Assembly (NCBI GenBank): GCA_036507075.1
Contig: DASXQR010000187.1
Span: 12,519-76,518 of the forward strand
Direction: 5' to 3'
DNA from: Acidobacteriota bacterium
GTDB lineage: Bacteria; Acidobacteriota; UBA6911; JACQSX01
Length of the DNA stretch: 64,000 nucleotides
The number at the start of each line of letters is the position of its first letter. Position 1 is the stretch's first letter. Shown one piece after another: positions 49,929-59,898 of the stretch. A model generated the notes under the pieces. That model worked only from the letters and a program-made list of their open reading frames with translations, did not search any database and was not told where the DNA came from. Made by a program: the position numbers and the translations under genes.

Positions 49929-51280
49929 TAAAAGTCCAGATCGTACAGCTTGAGCTTCTTGTACAAATTGCTCCGCTCGACTTTGATCGCCTCCGCCGTT
50001 TTGCTCACATTGCCTTGATGTTCGATCAACTTGCGCAGGATATATTCTTTCTCAAACTGCTCGCGCGCTTCCTGCAGGGACCTGTGTTCGTAGGGGCTGG
50101 CGGAAAGAGCCGTTGACTCCAGAATATTGGTCGGCAGCGCGTACACGTCGATGCGATTTCCTGGAACCATGATTACCAGCCGCTCGATGACATTCTTCAA
50201 TTCACGCACGTTACCCGGCCAGTGATAGCGCTGAAATTTCTCCATCACGTCGGGCGTGATTTCCTTCTTTTTGCGGCCATAGCTCAGCGAAAACCGGCTA
50301 AGAAAATGGTCCACCAGCAGCGGGACGTCTTCTTTCCTCTCGCGCAGCGGCGGGACCTGAAACGGAATCACGTTCAACCGATAATAAAGATCCTCACGAA
50401 AATGTCCGCGCTCAATTTCCCCGTCGAGATTCTTGTTAGTGGCGGAAATAATTCGCACGTCAATCTCGATTTCGTCATTGCTTCCTACCATGTGAAAGCG
50501 CTGTTCTTCCAACACCCGGAGAACTTTCGACTGGGTGCGCAAGCTCATGTCTCCGACTTCGTCCATAAACAACGTCCCGCCGTCGGCGAGCTGAAACTTC
50601 CCCTTCTTGCTCTCGGTAGCGCCGGTAAATGCCCCTTTGACATGGCCAAACAGCTCGCTTTCGATTAAATCCTCTGGAATGGCGGCGCAGTTTACCTCGA
50701 TGAAGGGTTTGTTCCAGCGCAGGCTTTGACGGTGGATATGTTTGGCAACAAGCTCCTTGCCCGTTCCGTTTTCACCGTAAATAAGAATGCGGCCGCTGGT
50801 GGGAGCAGCATAGGCAATCTGCTGCCGCAGCGCTTTCAGGGGAACGGAGTTCCCTATCATCGCAGCTTCGGCAAACAGCTGGTCCCGAAGATTCTCATTC
50901 TCCTCTTCCAGCTTCTTTTGCCGGAGCGCATTGTTGACAACCAGCAGCGTCTTTTCCAGTGACAGTGGTTTCTCGATAAAATCAAACGCTCCCAGCTTTG
51001 TGGCCCGCACCGCTGTCTCGATCGTGCCATGCCCGGAGATAATCACCACAGCGCACCGCTTATTCATGCCTCGGATGGCCTCGAGCGCCTGCAGCCCGTC
51101 AATCTCCGGCAGCCACACATCGAGCAGAACCAGATCGAACTCCTTCTCTGCCAGCCTGTCCAAACAGTGCTCGCCGCTTTCCACCGCCTCCACCTTGAAG
51201 CCTTCATCCTCCAGAATGGCGACCAGCGACGTCCTCACTCCGCTTTCATCGTCGACCACGAGAATATTTTCCTTAGCCAT
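49928..51280 (-). CDS. Sigma-54-dependent response regulator (NtrX-like)
   Basis: Receiver domain, GENGTGKE, ESELFGH..GAFTGA, WPGNVREL, C-terminal HTH. Confidence 0.93.
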   Translation of the reverse strand: MAKENILVVDDESGVRTSLVAILEDEGFKVEAVESGEHCLDRLAEKEFDLVLLDVWLPEIDGLQALEAIRGMNKRCAVVIISGHGTIETAVRATKLGAFDFIEKPLSLEKTLLVVNNALRQKKLEEENENLRDQLFAEAAMIGNSVPLKALRQQIAYAAPTSGRILIYGENGTGKELVAKHIHRQSLRWNKPFIEVNCAAIPEDLIESELFGHVKGAFTGATESKKGKFQLADGGTLFMDEVGDMSLRTQSKVLRVLEEQRFHMVGSNDEIEIDVRIISATNKNLDGEIERGHFREDLYYRLNVIPFQVPPLRERKEDVPLLVDHFLSRFSLSYGRKKKEITPDVMEKFQRYHWPGNVRELKNVIERLVIMVPGNRIDVYALPTNILESTALSASPYEHRSLQEAREQFEKEYILRKLIEHQGNVSKTAEAIKVERSNLYKKLKLYDLDF

Positions 51281-51302
51281 TTTGAAAATCTCTTAGTTGT
51301 AA

Positions 51303-51407
51303 GTGGTCAGTGGTCAGTTGTTGTTTAGCAGTTCACCTAGTTTGACTGCCCAAGTTCAACGGCTTACCGACGATTGGCCACGAACAACGGACGCCGAACC
51401 ACTGACA
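51303..51407. repeat. Degenerate inverted TGGTCAG heptamer element
   Basis: gtggtcagtggtcagttg left; acaacggac..aaccactgaca right. Confidence 0.6.
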
Positions 51408-51410
51408 AGC

Positions 51411-53705
51411 TTACAATTTCAAAGGCATTTCCTGCGCGCCCGCTTCGGCGCGCTCGGCTGCGCCCGCCGCCGGAACCTCAATAACAAACCGCGACCCGCG
51501 CGGATGGTTGACTTCCGCGCGGATATTGCCATGATGCTCGAGCACGATCTGGCGCACAATTGCCAGACCCAGTCCGGTTCCCCGCCTCTTGGTGGAGAAG
51601 TAGGGAAGAAACAGTTTCTCCTGATCCTCGGCTGAAATTCCCGGGCCGGAGTCGCTCAACTCCACCTGCACCGATTCGCGATTCTTGTGCACGGCGGTCC
51701 GAATTTCAATCACCTTGGCACCGGTAAGGCCTTCCATCGCTTCCAGGGAATTATCTATCAAGTTCACAAACACGCGGCGCATCTGTTCCGGATCGATACT
51801 CGCGTCGGGCATATCGGAAGAATACTTTTTCTCAATGCAAACGTCCTCGAACCGCCCTTCATACAGAGACACGGTCTCATCGATCACCTGATGGATATTC
51901 ATCAGCACCGGCTTGCTCAAAGGCAGGCGCGCAAAACGCGAAAACTCATCTACCATCTCTTTCAATACCTGGCTTTCGTGCGAAATGATCCGCGCTGATT
52001 CCTCAATCAGCCGGGAAAAATCTGCATCGCGCAGGTTCTGGTTGGGCATAAGCGGGGTTTGTCTTCCCTTTGGCGCCATGCCATCACCCTGTCCGGCAAG
52101 TTCCGGCGCGCCGCTCTGAAGCTGTCTGTATTTTTTGAGCAGTCGCTCGGCAGTGAGTTGAATGGGCGTGAGCGGATTCTTGATTTCGTGCGCCAGTCGC
52201 CGCGCCACCTCCTGCCAGGCTGCGAATTTCTCGGCCCGTATGAACTCCGTGAAGTCATCGAGTACGACCAGATAGCTGATCTTCCCGGTGGAAGGATCGA
52301 TATAGGAATTTCCTGTTACGGCTACGTGGCGCTGTGAGACGTGTTGCGATAACGTGACCTCGCTGCGCTGCGTGCCAAACCAGCGAGTGCGCTTCAACAA
52401 GGATTCAACCTGCAGATGCCCTTCTCCGGTGATGATTTCAAACAGCCTCCTGCCCTGGAGCTGGCCGTTATCACGATTGAACATGCGGCATGCCGCGAGG
52501 TTTGCCGTCTGAATCCGATAATGATCATCCAGCGAAAGCACACCGGTGCCGATGTTCTGCAGAATAGTTTCGATGAAGTTCTTTCGTGTCTCCAGTTGCG
52601 CATTGGCTAACTGCACGGATTCACTGGAGATTTCCAGCTCTTTCCGATTTGCTTCCAACTGGGCGGTCATGCGATTAAAGGAGTCGACCAGCATTCCCAA
52701 CTCGTCCATTGCAGGACAATCGATGCGATAATGCAGGTTCCCTTCAGACACCTGCTGCGAGCCTTCTGCCAGAGCTTCAATCGGAACTGTGATCTTCTTG
52801 GCCGTGTAAAGTCCCACCCAGGTGAATCCGAACATCACAATCAGTGTGGTCAGACCGAGAAGCATGAAGTAACTCTTCTTCAGGCTCTGCAGCTTACCGC
52901 CGGTTTCTTGCGAGAGATTACCCGCCTCGCGCACTTTACTCAGGCTGTAAGCAACCGAGAGCGGAACCGTGGCGGTGGCGGCGAGAACGCCGTCGCTGCC
53001 AGGCAAGACGGTAACAAAGCTCTCCGATGTCGTCTTTGAGGGATCGCTGCTTCTGCCGAAGAAAGGTACCTGGGAGTTCAAACCCCGGTCCCACAAACTT
53101 TGCCCGATCAAACGGCTGCGCTTCCCCGCGGATTCCGTTTTTCCCTTATGCGCCCAGTAAACGTAATCAAACCCGCCTTGGTTTATGCTTTCTCGCAGCA
53201 GGGCAGAAGACCTCTCGGGATGCTCCAGAAGTTGCCCGCTCAGCGTCTGCAGCGCCAGTTTGCTTTTCTCTTCCACCTGCTGGTAGTAGCTTTCGGCGAT
53301 GGCCCAGGAGGATTGAATCATCTTTTCGCCCGGGGCGTTGAACCACCGTGTCAGGGTGCTGTTGATCAAAACATAGGCGATCAGGAACAGCATCACGGAG
53401 GGAAGCAATGACAGGGCGATCTGCACGGTGACCAGCTTCACCTTGATCTTGGAACCGATTCGCTCGTGCCGATATTCAAAGAACAACTTGATCAGATTCC
53501 GGAGCAGGACAAAGCAGAGAGCCAGGACGATCAGGAAGTTGATCGCCCAGACGGCGGCCCACAACATGAAGTTGAACAGGAAGTTTTCGTTGCCCACGTC
53601 AGACGGATGCAGCAGTAGCTGGCTGACGAGAAAGAGCAGCAGGAAAAAGACGAGCAATCCGCTCAACCATTGGATCTGCCGGTGAATGCGCCTTTTTTCG
53701 GGCAT
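51411..53705 (-). CDS. Membrane sensor histidine kinase (NtrY-like, HAMP-PAS)
   Basis: TM helices, HAMP (DELGMLVDSFNRM), AAWQEVARRLAHEIKNPLTPIQL, GTGLGL. Confidence 0.93.
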   Translation of the reverse strand: MPEKRRIHRQIQWLSGLLVFFLLLFLVSQLLLHPSDVGNENFLFNFMLWAAVWAINFLIVLALCFVLLRNLIKLFFEYRHERIGSKIKVKLVTVQIALSLLPSVMLFLIAYVLINSTLTRWFNAPGEKMIQSSWAIAESYYQQVEEKSKLALQTLSGQLLEHPERSSALLRESINQGGFDYVYWAHKGKTESAGKRSRLIGQSLWDRGLNSQVPFFGRSSDPSKTTSESFVTVLPGSDGVLAATATVPLSVAYSLSKVREAGNLSQETGGKLQSLKKSYFMLLGLTTLIVMFGFTWVGLYTAKKITVPIEALAEGSQQVSEGNLHYRIDCPAMDELGMLVDSFNRMTAQLEANRKELEISSESVQLANAQLETRKNFIETILQNIGTGVLSLDDHYRIQTANLAACRMFNRDNGQLQGRRLFEIITGEGHLQVESLLKRTRWFGTQRSEVTLSQHVSQRHVAVTGNSYIDPSTGKISYLVVLDDFTEFIRAEKFAAWQEVARRLAHEIKNPLTPIQLTAERLLKKYRQLQSGAPELAGQGDGMAPKGRQTPLMPNQNLRDADFSRLIEESARIISHESQVLKEMVDEFSRFARLPLSKPVLMNIHQVIDETVSLYEGRFEDVCIEKKYSSDMPDASIDPEQMRRVFVNLIDNSLEAMEGLTGAKVIEIRTAVHKNRESVQVELSDSGPGISAEDQEKLFLPYFSTKRRGTGLGLAIVRQIVLEHHGNIRAEVNHPRGSRFVIEVPAAGAAERAEAGAQEMPLKL

Positions 53706-53740
53706 GGTTGCGGATCTATTGTAAGCCAGAGCGGCCCCAA

Positions 53741-53848
53741 AAATGCGGATTTCGGAATGCGGAATGCGGAATTAGGCATAGGGACCTTGGTTTTGGCTTG
53801 GAAAGAAGCAAGCTGCCTATATTCCGCATTCCGCATTCCGCCTTCGCA
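53741..53848. repeat. Inverted CGGAATG heptamer element
   Basis: atgcggatttcggaatgcggaatgcggaat / attccgcattccgcattccg. Confidence 0.88.
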
Positions 53849-53930
53849 GTCGGAGCCATTAGAATACGGTGAATTCGTGACGGTTGCGTTATTGTTCCCG
53901 GCGCCCCCAGTTAAGCTACAATGCCGGCTG

Positions 53931-54389
53931 ATGGCCCGATCCAACAAGCTCCAGAGACAGAACCTGATCCGCAGGATCGTTTCCGAGCAGGAGATCTACA
54001 GCCAGGAGGAGCTGCGAAATGAGCTGGCGAAAAGATCCGTCAGCGTCACGCAGGCCACCCTGTCACGGGACATCCAGGATCTGGGACTTGCCAAGCTCTC
54101 GTCTTCAGGAACTTACCGGCTCCCCACGCCGCTTCCCGAACAGGCCGAGGCACATAATTTCATCGAAAGAATCCGGCGCCTGGCGGGCGAGCTGGATTAT
54201 TCGGGAAATCTGGTGCTCGTCAAAACAGCTCCTGGAGATGCGCAGGCGCTGGGAATCGCATTTGATAAGCTGAATTTCAAGGAAGTTACCGGCACCATCG
54301 CCGGCGACGACACCCTGCTGGTGGTGATACGAGAGGCTTATAAGGCCGCCAGGTTTGTAGAAAAGCTGCAGCGGTTGATCGCGGAATAG
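53931..54389 (+). CDS. argR: Arginine repressor
   Basis: SQEEL, TQATLSRD, VKTAPG, GTIAGDDT; start moved to ATG 53931. Confidence 0.95.
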   Translation: MARSNKLQRQNLIRRIVSEQEIYSQEELRNELAKRSVSVTQATLSRDIQDLGLAKLSSSGTYRLPTPLPEQAEAHNFIERIRRLAGELDYSGNLVLVKTAPGDAQALGIAFDKLNFKEVTGTIAGDDTLLVVIREAYKAARFVEKLQRLIAE

Positions 54390-54607
54390 GGATTGGGGGA
54401 CAGAAGATAGAGATTGAAAATGAGTGGCAGCCACCTCAAGTTCGCTTGGTGAGAGCATGAGAAAAAATCGAATGTGAGTTGCGGCTTCGCCGCCCGCTCT
54501 GGCGGAAAGGCTCCGCCTTTCCGGCTGGTTCACCAAACATTCTTATTTCCTAAACTTTTCGGTTTTTTCACACCTCCTGACGCGCGCGGCTCGGATCGTT
54601 TCGCCTT

Positions 54608-55567
54608 CTACTCCCGCCGGAGCGCCTTCAGCAATATCGCCTTGTGGATGTAAAGCCGGTTCTCTGCCTGCTCGTAAACCAGCGAGCGAGGACCATCGAT
54701 GACCGAATCGAGCACCTCGTCGCCTCGATGGGCCGGCAGGCAGTGCATAAAGAACGCCTTTTTGCCGGCACGGCTCATCAACTGCGGCGTCACACGATAG
54801 GATGCAAACGCGGGAACCTTCTTTTCGGCATCATTTTCCTGGCCCATGCTGATCCAGGCATCCGTATAAATGGCATCCGCGCCAAAGAGCCGTCCCACGT
54901 CATGCGATAACTCCACTGTACTGCCGCTTGCTTTTGAGAGCTCCACAGCCTGCCGGCAGGAAGCCGGGTCGCACAGATAACCGGGGGGCGAAATCAGAGT
55001 GAAATGAACACCCAACATGGCGCAAATCTGCATCAACGAGTTGCTCACGTTGTTGGGATCACCCACGTAAACCAATTTGCGGTGCTTCAGATCGGCCCAG
55101 CGCTGCTGCAGCGTGAGCATGTCGGCCAGCGCCTGGCAGGGGTGCTCGAAATCACTGAGCGCGTTGATCACCGGGATGGACGCATGCCGCGCCAGTTCCT
55201 CAAGAGTGGCTTGCGCAAACACACGCGCCACAATTACTGAACACCAGCGCTCCAGGTTCTTGGCCATATCCTTGATGGATTCCCGCTGGCCGATCTTCTG
55301 GTTCTGGCAGTCGACATAGGATGCATCGCCGCCCAAGCTTTTCATTCCGATCTCGAATGTGAGACGCGTGCGCAGTGACGGTTTTTCAAAAAGCAGCACT
55401 GCCTGGGCCCCCGACAACACATTTCGGTAAGCCTCAGGCGTGTTTTTCACCTGCTGCGCCAGGCGCATCAGATCCCGAACTGCGGCGGGAGTGAGATCCG
55501 CCATGGCGAGAAAGTCTTTGGGCCAATCGGACGCTGTCTGAGTTTTAGCTTTCTTGAAGTTCTTCAT
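54608..55567 (-). CDS. argF: Ornithine carbamoyltransferase
   Basis: FEKPSLRTR, INALSD.EHPCQ, WISMGQE, HCLPAHRG. Confidence 0.93.
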   Translation of the reverse strand: MKNFKKAKTQTASDWPKDFLAMADLTPAAVRDLMRLAQQVKNTPEAYRNVLSGAQAVLLFEKPSLRTRLTFEIGMKSLGGDASYVDCQNQKIGQRESIKDMAKNLERWCSVIVARVFAQATLEELARHASIPVINALSDFEHPCQALADMLTLQQRWADLKHRKLVYVGDPNNVSNSLMQICAMLGVHFTLISPPGYLCDPASCRQAVELSKASGSTVELSHDVGRLFGADAIYTDAWISMGQENDAEKKVPAFASYRVTPQLMSRAGKKAFFMHCLPAHRGDEVLDSVIDGPRSLVYEQAENRLYIHKAILLKALRRE

Positions 55568-56942
55568 CGATTTCCTGAATCCTGGTCCTGACGTAATCAG
55601 GGTTTGGGCTTCCCAACGTCTTCTTCCGCTGCAGAGAACTGTCGACTGCAAACAGTTCAAACACGTCGGAATGGAAGTCGGCATGGTATCGCTTGAATTC
55701 TTCCAATGTCCAATCCTGCCAGGGCTTGCCGCTGTTCAGGAATTCCTGCACCATGCCACCCACAATCCCGTGTGCTTCTCTGAAAGGAACCCCGTGAGAA
55801 ACGAGATACTCTGCAATGTCGGTGGCCAGCAGCAGCGGATCAGAAGCCGCGCGGCTCACATTCTCCTGATTGACGCTGACACCGGAAATCACGCGCTCCA
55901 ATACCGGCAACATCGCCAGCAGGGTTTCGGCGCTTTGAAACAGGAAGAGCTTGTCCTCCTGCATGTCGCGGCTGTATCCGCTGGGCAGTCCTTTCATCAG
56001 TGTAAAAGCCGACATCAAACTGCCCAGAATTCCGGCAGTCTTGCCGCGCATCAGCTCCAGCGCGTCCGGATTCTTTTTGTGAGGCATCAGGCTCGATCCG
56101 GTGCACAGAGAATCTTCCAGCCGAATGAAGTTGAATTCCGACGAGCACCACAAGATCAAGTCTTCACAGATGCGGCTGATGTGAATACCCAGGATTGCCG
56201 CGTGGCCCAGGAATTCCAGCAGCCAGTCGCGATCGCCTACCGTATCGATGCTGTTGCTGGTGGGAGCGCGAAAACCGAGCACCTTGGCGGTGAACTTTCG
56301 GTCGATAGGAAGCGTGCTTCCCGCGATGGCCCCCGAGCCCAGCGGCGAAAGCTGCAATCGCTGCTCCAGATCCTTGAAGCGCAAGCGATCACGCTGCAGC
56401 ATCTCGTAGACCGCCAGCCAGTAATGCGCCAGGCTGACCAGTTGGGCGCGCTGCAAGTGCGTGTAAGCGGGAATGGTCACAGAAACATCCCGCCGGGCCG
56501 ACTGCAACAAAACACGCTGTACATCGCGCAATCTCCAGTCGATCAAGCGAAGCTGGTCGCGCAGGTACAGAATGGAATCCAACGCTACCTGATCATTGCG
56601 GCTTCGACCGGTGTGCAGCTTGTCGGCCACCGGGCCAAACATTTCCTTCAGTCTGAACTCCACGAAGGTGTGAATATCTTCATGCTTTTCCACTTCCTTC
56701 CAGTCATTCTCGGCTTCACAGCGCACCATTTCCTTATGCAGGAAACTGATTCCGTTGAGGAGCTGCTCGGATTCGGCGGGCGTGAGCAGACCCTGCTGCT
56801 CAAGCATCAACACATGAGCGCAGCTCCCCTGCAGATCGTAGCGCCACAGCTTGCGGTCAAAAAACGAGGACCGTGTGAAGTTGTCTATGATCTCTTCCAG
56901 GGGACTCTGGAATCTGCTAGCCCAAAGTTTTTGAGATGCCAT
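55545..56942 (-). CDS. argH: Argininosuccinate lyase
   Basis: [35 protein letters not shown]. Confidence 0.96.
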   Translation of the reverse strand: MASQKLWASRFQSPLEEIIDNFTRSSFFDRKLWRYDLQGSCAHVLMLEQQGLLTPAESEQLLNGISFLHKEMVRCEAENDWKEVEKHEDIHTFVEFRLKEMFGPVADKLHTGRSRNDQVALDSILYLRDQLRLIDWRLRDVQRVLLQSARRDVSVTIPAYTHLQRAQLVSLAHYWLAVYEMLQRDRLRFKDLEQRLQLSPLGSGAIAGSTLPIDRKFTAKVLGFRAPTSNSIDTVGDRDWLLEFLGHAAILGIHISRICEDLILWCSSEFNFIRLEDSLCTGSSLMPHKKNPDALELMRGKTAGILGSLMSAFTLMKGLPSGYSRDMQEDKLFLFQSAETLLAMLPVLERVISGVSVNQENVSRAASDPLLLATDIAEYLVSHGVPFREAHGIVGGMVQEFLNSGKPWQDWTLEEFKRYHADFHSDVFELFAVDSSLQRKKTLGSPNPDYVRTRIQEIDEELQES

Positions 56943-58209
56943 CGACACTGTCTTCCTCTTCCTCTCGCTTGACTTGCGAATTTTCCTCTTCACCCAGCAG
57001 CGACGCCGGTCGCAGGCCGGCGTTTACGCGCAGCCGGGTGGCCTGCAGGCGAATAAAACCCTCTGCATCCTTCTGGCGGTACACATCGTCTTTCTCGAAG
57101 GTGGCAAACTCCTGGGAATAAAGACTGTAAGGCGAGCGTCTCCCCACCACCGAGCAGGAGCCCTTGTACAGCCGCACCTTCACCTCGCCCGTGACCTTGT
57201 CCTGGCTCTCCCGAATGGTCTGCTGCAGTAACCGCATCTCCGGCGAAAACCAGAATCCGTAGTATGTCCATTGCGCGAATTTCAAACTAAGTTCTTCCTT
57301 CCAGCGCTGAATTTCACGATCGAGAGTGATCGATTCCAGCCCCCGATGGGCGTGCCACAGAATGGTCGCTCCCGGTGTTTCGTATATTCCTCGGGACTTC
57401 ATTCCGACGAAACGATTCTCCACCAGATCGACGCGCCCGATGCCGTGCACGCCCCCCAGCCGGTTTGCTGCTTCCAGCAGCGCGACCGGGTCAAGCGCGT
57501 GTCCATCGATAGCAACCGGGATCCCCTGTTCGAAAGTGATCACCACTGTCTGCGGCCGTTCCGGCGCGTTCAGCGGGCTGGCGGTAAGGAGGAAGATATC
57601 TTCGGGCGCCTCAGCCCACGGATCCTCGAGAATGCCTCCTTCATGGCTGCAATGCATCAGGTTCCGATCGGTACTGTACGGCTTCTCGAGGGTCGCCGTC
57701 ACCGGCAGGGAATGCTTCCTGCAGTAGGCGATCAGATCAGAACGCGACTTCATCTCCCAGTCGCGCCACGGGGCAATGATTTGAATGCCGGGAGAGAGCG
57801 CGTAAAACGTCAGCTCGAATCGAACCTGATCGTTGCCTTTCCCGGTGGCGCCGTGAGCTACAAAGAGAGCTTGTTCTGCCTCGGCGACCTTCAACTGGTG
57901 CCTGGCGATTACGGGCCGCGCCAGCGAGGTACCAAGCAGGTAGTATCCTTCGTAGAGAGCATTGGCCTGAATGGCAGGAAACACGTAATCGCGCACGAAT
58001 TCTTCGCGCACATCGGCAACATAGCTGCGCGAGGCACCCAGGTTCCGCGCCTTCTGTTCCAGGCCCTCCAGCTCTTCGGCCTGGCCCACATCGGCAGTGA
58101 AAGTGACCACGTCATAGCCTTTGGCGTGTTTCAGCCAATGAAGCATGACCGTGGTGTCCAGACCTCCGGAATAAGCCAGGACTACTTTCTTTGAATTCTC
58201 TTGAGCCAT
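56917..58209 (-). CDS. argG: Argininosuccinate synthase
   Basis: LAYSGGLDT, LGTSLARP, HGATGKGNDQVRFE, KSRGIYETP. Confidence 0.97.
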   Translation of the reverse strand: MAQENSKKVVLAYSGGLDTTVMLHWLKHAKGYDVVTFTADVGQAEELEGLEQKARNLGASRSYVADVREEFVRDYVFPAIQANALYEGYYLLGTSLARPVIARHQLKVAEAEQALFVAHGATGKGNDQVRFELTFYALSPGIQIIAPWRDWEMKSRSDLIAYCRKHSLPVTATLEKPYSTDRNLMHCSHEGGILEDPWAEAPEDIFLLTASPLNAPERPQTVVITFEQGIPVAIDGHALDPVALLEAANRLGGVHGIGRVDLVENRFVGMKSRGIYETPGATILWHAHRGLESITLDREIQRWKEELSLKFAQWTYYGFWFSPEMRLLQQTIRESQDKVTGEVKVRLYKGSCSVVGRRSPYSLYSQEFATFEKDDVYRQKDAEGFIRLQATRLRVNAGLRPASLLGEEENSQVKREEEEDSVDGISKTLG

Positions 58210-58218
58210 AAGGTTTTA

Positions 58219-58247
58219 ACGATACGGTTAAAGGGGCGCTGTGTCAA
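58219..58247 (-). promoter_or_regulatory. Sigma-70 promoter of argG operon
   Basis: TTGACA (58247-58242), 17 nt, TATCGT (58224-58219) on minus strand. Confidence 0.7.
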
Positions 58248-58283
58248 TGTATTTTTATGCATTCTAGTGAATAATTATGCATT
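58246..58283. promoter_or_regulatory. Tandem ARG boxes (ArgR operator)
   Basis: aatgtatttttatgcatt (58246-58263) and agtgaataattatgcatt (58266-58283), 18-bp AT-rich palindromes 2 bp apart upstream of argG. Confidence 0.85.
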
Positions 58284-58291
58284 CAAAGCAC

Positions 58292-58360
58292 ACCGCCAAG
58301 AGCGCCAAGAACGCAAGGAACGGGGGTTACGTGTTGCCGTTCTTTGCGTTCTTGGCGGTT
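58292..58360. repeat. ACCGCCAAG 9-mer inverted repeat element
   Basis: accgccaagagcgccaagaacgcaaggaacgg / ccgttctttgcgttcttggcggt. Confidence 0.85.
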
Positions 58361-58389
58361 CAAGCTTTTCCTGATAGTTTTCAGAAACA

Positions 58390-59898
58390 ATGGTGCGAGT
58401 GCGATTTGCCCCCAGTCCTACCGGTTTTCTGCACGTGGGAAACGTGCGCACGGCTTTGTACAACTGGCTGTTTGCCCGGCAGAAAAAAGGGGCGTTCGTG
58501 CTGCGCATCGAAGACACAGACGCAGAAAGGTCGGCACTGGAATACGAGCATCAGTTGTTATCCGATCTTCGCTGGCTCGGCCTCGACTGGGATGAGGGCC
58601 CCGACTGCGGCGGCAAATTTGGTCCCTACCGACAGACAGAACGGTTCGGTCTTTACCAGAAACATGCCGAAGAGCTCTTAAACGACCAGAAAGCCTACTA
58701 TTGCTTCTGCACCGCGGAGGAACTCGAAAAGGAGCGGCAACTGCAACTCGCCTCGGGCGGCCAGCCCCGGTACTCCGGGAAATGCCGGAGCATCGCCCCG
58801 GGGGAAGCTCAGCGGCGGAAATCGGCGGGCGAGCCGGCCACTATCCGGCTCAGAGTACGTGCAGGACAAGTCGGTTTCCAAGACCTCGTCTTCGGGGCAA
58901 TCGAAATCGACTGTGCTGTGGTCGGCGATCCGATATTGCTGCGCTCGGACGGTTCTCCCAATTACAATTTTGCTGTCGTGATTGACGACGCTCTCATGGA
59001 AATCACGCATGTGATCCGCGGCGAAGGACATATTTCAAACACGCACCGCCAGGTCCTGCTTTACGAAGCGCTGGGATGGAAGATTCCCGAATTTGCGCAT
59101 CTTTCAACGATCCTCGGCAGCGACGGCGCAAAGTTGAGCAAGCGTCACGGCGCGACATCGATTGCGGAGTTTCGCCAGCAGGGCTTCTTGCCGGAGGCTT
59201 TAAGCAACTATCTGGCATTGCTCGGATGGTCACCTCCCCAAGAGGGACAGGAGATTCTCAGCGTGCCGGAGATGATGAATTTGTTTTCGCTGGACCGAGT
59301 TTCCAAAAGCCCGGCCACTTTTGATCCTGAAAAGCTAAACTGGGTCAACCGCTCCCATCTGAGACAAAGGCCGATCTTCGAGCTGGTCGAGTTGATCCGC
59401 CCCTTTCTGATTGAGGCGCGGCGCATTCCGGCCCGCACGCAGGCGGAAGGCAAGAGTGAGATTGACCGGTTCATCGAAATGCTGATCGAAGCGACCCTGA
59501 GCCACCTGGACACGCTGCCGCAGATCGTGCCCGAGTCGCGGCTGGTATTTGATTTCCCCGCCGGCAATCTGGCTCCCGGTAGAGCGCTGGCCGAATCGAT
59601 CACGCCCGAGGCGCTCGCCGTGATCGAGAGCTTTTATCGCCACATCGAACCGCTTGAGGATCTCGACCTGGAGCACTACAGGCAGGCGGTAAACGCCGTA
59701 AAAGCAGAGACAGGACAAAAAGGCAAAAACCTGTTTCACCCGATCCGCGTGGCGCTTACCGCCGAGCATTCCGGCCCTGAATTGGATAAGCTGATTCCCA
59801 TTTTGGAGCTGGGAAAGAAGCTGAATCTCCCCAGCCCGGTCTTAGGATGCAAGGATCGCCTCCGCCTGGCGCTCGAGACCATCGGCCGAAAGACTTGA
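58390..59898 (+). CDS. gltX: Glutamate--tRNA ligase
   Basis: RFAPSPTGFLHVG, LRIEDTD, YYCFC, HVIRG, KLSKR. Confidence 0.97.
   Translation: MVRVRFAPSPTGFLHVGNVRTALYNWLFARQKKGAFVLRIEDTDAERSALEYEHQLLSDLRWLGLDWDEGPDCGGKFGPYRQTERFGLYQKHAEELLNDQKAYYCFCTAEELEKERQLQLASGGQPRYSGKCRSIAPGEAQRRKSAGEPATIRLRVRAGQVGFQDLVFGAIEIDCAVVGDPILLRSDGSPNYNFAVVIDDALMEITHVIRGEGHISNTHRQVLLYEALGWKIPEFAHLSTILGSDGAKLSKRHGATSIAEFRQQGFLPEALSNYLALLGWSPPQEGQEILSVPEMMNLFSLDRVSKSPATFDPEKLNWVNRSHLRQRPIFELVELIRPFLIEARRIPARTQAEGKSEIDRFIEMLIEATLSHLDTLPQIVPESRLVFDFPAGNLAPGRALAESITPEALAVIESFYRHIEPLEDLDLEHYRQAVNAVKAETGQKGKNLFHPIRVALTAEHSGPELDKLIPILELGKKLNLPSPVLGCKDRLRLALETIGRKT

Noticed and set aside
53670..53930. N-terminal extensions given by the ORF track for argR (also rlmB 60305, sigma 32343, lolA 6947, glgA 22522, argF 55684)
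   Set aside because: Extensions run through repeats or neighbouring genes; internal starts match family N-termini.
54608..55567. N-acetyl/succinyl-ornithine carbamoyltransferase because of SLRT
   Set aside because: SMG ornithine-binding loop and HCLPAHRG are canonical OTCase features.
55554..56972. 472-aa plus-strand ORF and other long antisense ORFs (57271-58194, 15885-16619, 27682-28479)
   Set aside because: Antisense shadows of well-supported genes, common in GC-rich DNA.
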